A DNA stretch of 14,503 nt from Thermoplasmatales archaeon SW_10_69_26 (lineage in GTDB: Archaea; Thermoplasmatota; SW-10-69-26): contig PXUB01000021.1 in the NCBI GenBank assembly GCA_003009755.1, positions 1-14,503 of the forward strand, in the 5' to 3' direction. The notes under the pieces are model-generated. The model saw only the letters and a program-made list of their open reading frames with translations, was not told the origin of the DNA and did not search any database. Positions 1 through 6,082 of this stretch are shown one piece after another. Numbering within the stretch: position 1 is the first letter of the stretch; the number at the start of each line of letters is the position of its first letter. Both the position numbers and the translations under genes were made by a program.

Positions 1-147
1 GCGATGATACGATACCTTGCACGTTGTGGGGTTTCCTAGCGTTGTCGCCGTCGACATCGACGTAGCCTGTGGCTACTCCTTCGTCTCGGCTCCGCGCTTT
101 CACCGCCTGAGGCCGAGCGAGAGCTGAACCCAAGCACAGCCGGCAGT

Positions 148-929
148 CTAGATGGCGGGGGGCGACGGGAAGTAGGGCGCGATCGCCCACCCGGTGGCCA
201 GCAGCGCCGCCACGAAGACCGCGATCCCCAAACCCACGGCCCGGCTGCGGCTCTCCGCGGGCCGGACGGCGGCCACGACCGCGGCCCCGACACCGATCAG
301 TCCAAGCGGGGCCGAGAGCTGACCCACCGCTGGCCCTCCCCGGAGCAGGTGGCCGACGGCCACGGCGGCCACGGTCGCCACCGCGATCGACCCGACCGCC
401 CGGCGCGACGGTCCGGGGACCAGCAGCGGGACGCTGGCGAAAGCCAGGGCGATGCCGACCTCGAGGCCCAGAAGGCCCGGCCAGGGGACGCGGTGTCGAA
501 CGTGGCGCTGAGCGTCTGGTTGACGCTCCCGCGCTGCTCCCGGTCACCGGAGAGGGCCACGCCCGGATCCAGCGGCTCGACCGTGACAGGCCCCTGGGTC
601 GTCTGTGCCAGGATGAAGGGGCCGCTGTCCAGCTCGCCCCTGCGGTCGCCCTCGAGCGGAAACGCCGCCTTGTCGTAGCCGTGTCCGGCGCCGAACACCG
701 TGTATGTGACGTCCACCTGCGGGTCGTAGCGGGTGGCGATCCCGTCGCCGAGCTGGGGCTGGCGGGCGGCCACGCGGAGGTCGTCCTCGGCGATCCCGTC
801 CGTCTCGGCTTCGCTCGTGATGCCGCCCGACGCCTGGGGCGGTGGCGCGAGGAGGAGCGTCGCGACAAGCACGAGGGAACCGACGCCGAGGAGGACGAGG
901 CCTACCTTGCGGCGCTGACTCAACCCCAT
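148..929 (-). pseudogene. Membrane protein of unknown function (about 260 aa if repaired), split by a single -1 frameshift near 484-489; pseudogene or sequencing error
   Basis: ATG at 929 gives MGLSQRRKVGLVLLGVGSLVLVATLLLA (N-terminal TM/signal), then an acidic domain to ...TFDTAS. Protein-like sequence then continues in the frame of ORF 148..381: PWPGLLGLEVGIALAFASVPLLV...GWAIAPYFPSPPAI* (about 4 TM). Adding one G to GGGG at 484-487 fuses the two. A TATA-like TTTATC lies about 25-30 nt upstream. Confidence 0.7.
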
Positions 930-951
930 CGCCCCTCGGACGGCTCTATGA

Positions 952-965
952 AAGATAAACCTGTC
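952..965 (-). promoter_or_regulatory. Putative archaeal BRE/TATA promoter (GACAGGTTTATCTT)
   Basis: AT-rich box in a GC-rich background, about 25-30 nt upstream of ATG 929; spacing fits a leaderless archaeal transcript. Confidence 0.55.
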
Positions 966-1102
966 AAATCTATTCGCTGCCGGCCGAACAGCGCGCGACT
1001 CGATGTCGCCGGGCTCGAGGCCGCCGTCGAGGGCAAGCCTTGCCCGCCCCGGCCCTACCCACAGCTTCAAACCCTCGACCCCGTATCCCTGCGCGACGGC
1101 CG

Positions 1103-2212
1103 ATGACGTTCCTCATCCTGTGCGTGGACCGGGACGACGATTTCGGCGCCAAGACCGGCGTCACCACGCCCATCATCGGCCGCGAAGAGAACCTGGACGC
1201 CGCGATCTCGCTCGGCTTGGCCGATCCCGAGGACACAGACACGAACTCGGTGCTGGCCGCGGTCAACGTCTACGACGACATGGTGCGCCAAGGCCACGAG
1301 GCCGAGGTCGCCACGATCTGCGGCGACCGCAACGTCGGGGCAACCAGCGACCGCGAGGTCAGCGAGCAACTGGACGACGTGCTGGCCGAGGTCGAACCCA
1401 GCTCGTGCATCCTCGTCACCGACGGCGCCGAGGACGAGTTCATTCTGCCGCTCATCACGAGCCGCGTCCGCGTCGACGCCGTCAAACGCGTCATCGTGCG
1501 CCAGAACCAGGACATCGAGGGCATCTACTACGTCATCAAGCGCGCCCTCGAGGACGAACGCATCCAACGCACCGTGTTCGTCCCGTTGGCCTTGGCATTG
1601 CTGGTGTACGGGTTCGCCGCGATCACCGGCTACCAGACGATGGGGCTCGGCCTGATCGCGATCGCCGTCGGCGCCTGGTTCATCGTCAAGGGCTTCCAGA
1701 TGGAGGACACGCTCGTCCGCCTGCTGCGGGACTTCTACGAAGGCCTGTCCAGCGGGCGCGTCACGCTGTTCACCAGCTTCCTCAGCGTCGCGTTGTTGCT
1801 GGGCGGCATCGTGTTCGCCTGGCAGGACGTGCAGAACCTCGGGGCCGCCAGCCAGGTCGGCAAAGCGATCGTGTTCCTCACCACCCTCATGTGGTGGGCG
1901 ATCGTCGCCACGTTGCTGACCGCCGGCGGCCGCGTGCTGGACGCCTGGGTGACCGAACGCCGGATCCTGTGGAGCTACTGGCTGTTACCGTTCGGCTTGT
2001 TCGCCACCGGCCTGATCGCGACGAGCGTCCTCAGCATCGTCAGCCGCATCCACGCCGGCGTCCCCGCCAGCCAGCTCGTCGATCTGGGGGACTTCCTCTA
2101 CCTGCTCGGCGGCGTCTTCACCGCCGTCGTCGGCTGGTCCAGCCACCACTACATCCAGAGCCGCATGCGATCGGGCACCACCGCCTCGCCTCAGGAGACC
2201 GAGAGCACATGA
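1103..2212 (+). CDS. DUF373 family archaeal membrane protein (369 aa)
   Basis: Typical motifs LCVDRDDD, TPIIGRE, DPEDTDTN, VTDGAEDE, RVIVRQ followed by about 6 TM helices. ATG at 1103 preferred over 1040 because it begins directly at the conserved motif and TTCAAA lies at 1066-1071. Confidence 0.92.
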   Translation: MTFLILCVDRDDDFGAKTGVTTPIIGREENLDAAISLGLADPEDTDTNSVLAAVNVYDDMVRQGHEAEVATICGDRNVGATSDREVSEQLDDVLAEVEPSSCILVTDGAEDEFILPLITSRVRVDAVKRVIVRQNQDIEGIYYVIKRALEDERIQRTVFVPLALALLVYGFAAITGYQTMGLGLIAIAVGAWFIVKGFQMEDTLVRLLRDFYEGLSSGRVTLFTSFLSVALLLGGIVFAWQDVQNLGAASQVGKAIVFLTTLMWWAIVATLLTAGGRVLDAWVTERRILWSYWLLPFGLFATGLIATSVLSIVSRIHAGVPASQLVDLGDFLYLLGGVFTAVVGWSSHHYIQSRMRSGTTASPQETEST

Positions 2213-2940
2213 TCGACGCTGAGAGCCACTACCGCACCGCCCAGGAGCTGCTCGGGCTCGACCGCGAGTCCGACCGACGGGTCGCCCAGCGCCTCTCCGA
2301 CGCGCTCGTCGACCACGAGGCGATCCACCCCGAGGAGGTCGAACCCGAGCTCGCCGACGCCGTCGTGCAGGTGCTCGGTCCCCGCCCGGGCGGCGCCGAG
2401 GACCTGGACGCGGAGAAGCCGATCGTGGCGGCCGGCGGCGCCGTCCGCCAGGCGCTCAGCGCCGGCATCCAACCCACGTTGGTCGTCACCGACCTCGACG
2501 GCTCCGACATGGCGCACGAGATGTTCTCCCGCGCCGGCGTCCCGATGGCCGTCCACGGCCACGGCGACAACCGCGCTCTCGTGGACCGCCTGCTGCCCGA
2601 GCTCGAGGGCCCGATGTTCGGCACCAGCCAGACCGACCCGCCCGACGATCCGGTCCCCTTGCACCGCTTTGGCGGGTTCACGGACGGCGATCGCGCCTGC
2701 TTCATCGCTGCCGCGCTCGGTGCGCGCAGCGTCGAGCTCGTCGGCTGGGACTTCGAGGAGCCGATCGGCGGCGACCCCGTCAAGCAGAAGAAGCTCAACC
2801 TCGCCGCCCGCCTGCTCGAGGACCTGGCGATCCCGCTCCGCGTGCAGGAACCCCGCGAGCCGGAGGTCGCCAGCTTCGAGGAGCTGGATCTCGGCGACAG
2901 CATCCCGATGGACGTCGAGGACCCTGACCAGCCAGAGTAG
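2209..2940 (+). CDS. mptE: 6-hydroxymethyl-7,8-dihydropterin pyrophosphokinase MptE-like protein (DUF115, 243 aa)
   Basis: Motifs VVTDLDG, VHGHGDN, FGGFTDGDRACF, LVGWDF, KQKKL. The ATG overlaps the DUF373 stop (ATGA, 2209-2212). Only the C-terminal part of ORF 1003..2940 is real. Confidence 0.85.
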   Translation: MIDAESHYRTAQELLGLDRESDRRVAQRLSDALVDHEAIHPEEVEPELADAVVQVLGPRPGGAEDLDAEKPIVAAGGAVRQALSAGIQPTLVVTDLDGSDMAHEMFSRAGVPMAVHGHGDNRALVDRLLPELEGPMFGTSQTDPPDDPVPLHRFGGFTDGDRACFIAAALGARSVELVGWDFEEPIGGDPVKQKKLNLAARLLEDLAIPLRVQEPREPEVASFEELDLGDSIPMDVEDPDQPE

Positions 2941-2997
2941 GTTCGGTTCGACGTCGTATCGCCAACGCTTGACAGGCTCCCGCACGCTCGACCATCG

Positions 2998-3288
2998 ATG
3001 GCTGGGAACCGATGGACCGGGCTGGCGCTCGTGGGCCTGTTGGCGTTGATCGCTCAGCCCGCGGCCCTCGTGGCCACGCCAGCACCGCACACGAGCGTGG
3101 GGGAGGATCCGGCCCGCGAGTGCTCGACGTTGGACAGCCTCGACGATCCCGAGCTGGTCGAGACCGTCCTCGCGGCCGAGGCCGACGTGGACCAGGCAAG
3201 CGACGTCTGCCTCGAGGACGTCTCGACGGTCGCTGACGAGATCCCCGGGACCGCCCTCGTCGACGCCGACCCCGACGCGCTCGGCTGA
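2998..3288 (+). CDS. Small secreted acidic protein (96 aa), unknown function
   Basis: Signal peptide-like N-terminus (MAGNRWTGLALVGLLALIAQPAALVA), D/E-rich mature part with two Cys, GC3-rich codons, promoter-like CAACGCTTGAC at 2963-2973. Confidence 0.7.
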   Translation: MAGNRWTGLALVGLLALIAQPAALVATPAPHTSVGEDPARECSTLDSLDDPELVETVLAAEADVDQASDVCLEDVSTVADEIPGTALVDADPDALG

Positions 3289-3304
3289 GGCCCGGGTCCG
3301 GGTC

Positions 3305-3322
3305 GGCGGGCTGGCGCCCGCC
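3305..3322. terminator. GC hairpin between convergent genes; possible terminator or RNA-stabilising stem
   Basis: GGCGGGC-TGGC-GCCCGCC perfect 7-bp stem in the 57-nt gap between stops at 3288 and 3346; no U-tract. Confidence 0.25.
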
Positions 3323-3345
3323 GCCGACGCTGGTCACCGGTCCCG

Positions 3346-4383
3346 CTATTCGACCGTCTCGGAGTAGCTCCAGCCGCCGGCCAGGGCGACGTCGACCTCG
3401 GCGTCGTTCTGCGTGGAGACGTCGATCGTCCAGTCGCCGGGCTCGAAGTCCCGCACGGTCTCGAACTCGAACTCGTCGCCCTCCGAGCTCGTGATGTCCT
3501 GGCGGCTGTAGATCTCGTTGCCTTCGCCGTCGGTGATCTGCACCGAGGCCCGGTCGTTGTCCGGGTTCGGGATCGAGACGACGACGTTGTAGGCCACCAG
3601 GTCGTAGGGCCCGTACTTGCCGTCCTTGGCGCTGGCACCGTCGACGAGCACCTGGTCGGTGCAGCCGGACGGGAACGAGCAGTCCTCGCTCGTGTACGAC
3701 TGGTCGTGCAGCTTGTCGGGCCGCACGAAGTAGCCGGTGCCGGAGGTCTCCCGCTCGTGGTCCTGCAGGCGCAGCTCGTGCAGCTGCGTGCCATCCTGGT
3801 CGGTCACGATCAGCTTGCTGAACCACTGGATCTCGGGGATGTAGTCGTACGTGAGGCGGAACCCGTCGTCCCCCTCGGCCACGATCTCGAAGCCCTCGAA
3901 GGTGCCGGCCTCGGTCTCGATCGCGTCCGAGTAGGTGGCCTCGGCGTCGAGCTCGCCCTCGTGCTGGCGGACGAAGAACGACGTCGTCCACTCGTCGCCG
4001 TCCTGGATCGGGAAATCGTACATCGAGCGGGGCTCGCCCTTCTCGTACACGCCGAGGTTGCCCTTCTGCAACCGCCCCAGTTGCGGGTTGACCTCGAAGA
4101 TCGCGTGCTGGAGGGCGGTGTCCTCGTCGGTGCTGCCGATCCGGTAGAGGTCGGCGGTCTCGTTGTAGACCATCATCGTCGTCTCGGTCTGCGGGAACCC
4201 GTGCGTGTCGATCGAGTACGTCCACGCGTCCCCGAGCTGCCATCGTGGGATCTCGGCCGTGAGGGGGGCCTCCTCGTCGGTGTCCGGATCCTCGGTCTCG
4301 GCTGGATCGGTGCCGGCGCATCCGGCCCATCCGACGGTGACGAGCGCCACGGTCAACACCAGGACCTTGCCCTTGGCTACCAT
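3346..4383 (-). CDS. Lipoprotein of unknown function (345 aa) with a C-terminal PPC-like beta-sandwich
   Basis: Signal peptide with lipobox WAG-C, acidic linker, PRWQLGDAWTY and a second GDEWT motif; C-terminal VQITDGEGNEIY...FEPGDWTIDVS resembles pre-peptidase C-terminal (PPC) domains. Confidence 0.85.
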   Translation of the reverse strand: MVAKGKVLVLTVALVTVGWAGCAGTDPAETEDPDTDEEAPLTAEIPRWQLGDAWTYSIDTHGFPQTETTMMVYNETADLYRIGSTDEDTALQHAIFEVNPQLGRLQKGNLGVYEKGEPRSMYDFPIQDGDEWTTSFFVRQHEGELDAEATYSDAIETEAGTFEGFEIVAEGDDGFRLTYDYIPEIQWFSKLIVTDQDGTQLHELRLQDHERETSGTGYFVRPDKLHDQSYTSEDCSFPSGCTDQVLVDGASAKDGKYGPYDLVAYNVVVSIPNPDNDRASVQITDGEGNEIYSRQDITSSEGDEFEFETVRDFEPGDWTIDVSTQNDAEVDVALAGGWSYSETVE

Positions 4384-4501
4384 CGAACCACGCAGCCCTT
4401 ATGGGGCTCAAGAGCGTTGTGGAAGCCCCGTTGAAGGGCTGGGCGGCCGAAGCCGATCCTCGCGCCTCCCAGCCCTCCCCTGGGTCGGGTCGGAGCGAGC
4501 C

Positions 4502-6022
4502 TCAACTGGCCGGCACCGGCAGCCCAACCTCGACGTCCTCGAAGGCGACCGTGCCCGGCGTGCGGCTGCCGTGGTGGACGAACATGTCCGAGGTGGGCGA
4601 GACGACGAGGTACAGCGTCTCGTCCTCGGCCACCTCGGTCGCCACGCCCGGCAGCTCCATCGACAGATCCTCCTGCGCGACCGGGAGATCGCGCTGGACG
4701 GGCAACACGTTGTTGGACAGCATCTGGGCTTGAGCGGGTGAGGGACCCACGGCCAGGCCCAGGAAGGCGCGCTGGTCGACGCCGGCCGTGGTCAGCGTGG
4801 CGTCCAGCTGCGGGACCCCGGCCACCGTCGTGGGGCCCTCGGTCAACGGCAGGTAGACGGGCGCGCCGGCGCCGGAGGGCGTGGCGGCGACCTGGGCCGG
4901 GCCGGCGTCGACGGTCTGCGTCGGCTCGACGCTGTCGACGGCCAGGCAGCCGCCGTCGTCGGTCGCGAGCCGGTAGGCGGTGCCCGGCATCGGGTTGTCG
5001 GCGCCCGTCAGCTGGTTCTCGAGGAACGCCAGCCGCAGCTCGTCGAAGCCCTCGTGGTCGCCCACGGACGAGCAGGGATCGCCGCTGGCCAACGTGCCTG
5101 GCGGGTACGCGTTCGGGAGGGCGTGCCCGCCGTTGTAGCCGACGAGGTAGCTGTCGGCGCGAGCGTCCGCGGTCAGCGTCCGCTGGTAATTGTCGACGGC
5201 CTGGTTGAGGGTGAACAGGTTGTCGGTGAGGCCCTGGCGCATCAAGGTGGGCACGTCCAGCTGCACGCCATCGGAGACGAACCCGGCAGGACTGTTCTCG
5301 GTGAAGTCGGCGACCACGTCGTGGACGCCCGGCACGGTGCCGTCGGGCAGCTGGCCGGTCGCCAGCCCGTAGGCGAAGGCCTCGTGGATGCCTTGGTGGA
5401 CGTTCGTGGCGCCGGCCGCGTACAGGGCGTCGACCCACACGCTGCGGATCACGTCGTCGGGCGCCAGGCTCTGCACGAGGTCGTACCACGTGATCTCGGG
5501 CGCCAGCGCATCGAGGCGCGTGTCGCCGGTCTCCTGGATCTCGGTGAGCGCCGTGATGAACTGGTACCCGCCGCCGTAGCTGCCCCCGATCGCGCCCATC
5601 ACGGGGTCCTGGGGCCCCTCGGTCTGGACCCACGGGAGGCTGGCGACGTGGTCGATGACGGCCTTGTTGTCCTGCCCCTCCAGATCGGGGTCGTGGACGT
5701 GGGCCTCGCCCCCGGAGTTGCCGAACCCGCGCTGGGTGACGGAGACGACACCGAACCCGGCGTCGAGCAAGGCATCGAAGCTCGCGCAGTCGTCGGCGCG
5801 GCTGCCGCCCCAGCCGTGACTGTGCATGACGACCGGCGCCGGATCCTCGGCGCTGGCGTCGGCAGGCTGGCAGACCAGCGTGTCGATCTCGGTCCCGTCG
5901 AAGCTCTCGACGGTCGTGGTGGTTCGCTCGGGTTCGCTGGCTTGGGCGCCCGGCAGCGAAGCCAAGCCGGCGACCAAGAGCAGCGTGCTTGCAACGATCG
6001 CGGTCGCTCGTCGGCCCAACAT
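4502..6022 (-). CDS. Secreted CocE/NonD family (peptidase S15-like) alpha/beta hydrolase (about 506 aa)
   Basis: Signal peptide ending GAQA; SFDGTEI, HGWGG, QRGFGNSGG, nucleophile GGSYGG, candidate Asp (QGLTDNLF) and His (GGH); C-terminal beta domain. ATG 6022 has GGAGG upstream; ATG 6034 is an alternative leaderless start. Confidence 0.88.
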   Translation of the reverse strand: MLGRRATAIVASTLLLVAGLASLPGAQASEPERTTTTVESFDGTEIDTLVCQPADASAEDPAPVVMHSHGWGGSRADDCASFDALLDAGFGVVSVTQRGFGNSGGEAHVHDPDLEGQDNKAVIDHVASLPWVQTEGPQDPVMGAIGGSYGGGYQFITALTEIQETGDTRLDALAPEITWYDLVQSLAPDDVIRSVWVDALYAAGATNVHQGIHEAFAYGLATGQLPDGTVPGVHDVVADFTENSPAGFVSDGVQLDVPTLMRQGLTDNLFTLNQAVDNYQRTLTADARADSYLVGYNGGHALPNAYPPGTLASGDPCSSVGDHEGFDELRLAFLENQLTGADNPMPGTAYRLATDDGGCLAVDSVEPTQTVDAGPAQVAATPSGAGAPVYLPLTEGPTTVAGVPQLDATLTTAGVDQRAFLGLAVGPSPAQAQMLSNNVLPVQRDLPVAQEDLSMELPGVATEVAEDETLYLVVSPTSDMFVHHGSRTPGTVAFEDVEVGLPVPAS

Positions 6023-6057
6023 CGTTCCTCCCATGACAGAGGAAACCACAGGGGAGG

Positions 6058-6069
6058 GATAGGCGTTGC
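6058..6069 (-). promoter_or_regulatory. Putative BRE/TATA promoter of the hydrolase gene (GCAACGCCTATC)
   Basis: 10/12 identical to the motif at 9789-9800; about 25 nt upstream of ATG 6034. Confidence 0.45.
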
Positions 6070-6082
6070 GGGCAGCGGCCGG

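Noticed and set aside
60-147. Possible tRNA or hammerhead ribozyme in the left intergenic region
   Set aside because: No cloverleaf or TTCGA T-loop, and no CUGAnGA plus GAAA core on the same strand.
1003-2208. N-terminal 400 aa of the 645-aa ORF, suggesting an MptE fusion
   Set aside because: Arg-rich off-frame reading of DUF373; the real start is the ATGA overlap at 2209.
2795-4411. 538-aa minus ORF and similar overlapping ORFs (11907..13313, 13076..14491, 9906..11051)
   Set aside because: Off-frame shadows with Arg/Pro/Gly bias overlapping better-supported genes.
4502-6034. Tat signal in the hydrolase (GRR) and in the 929 gene (QRR)
   Set aside because: Twin Arg is present but the RRxFLK-like consensus is poorly matched, so Sec export is equally plausible; not called.
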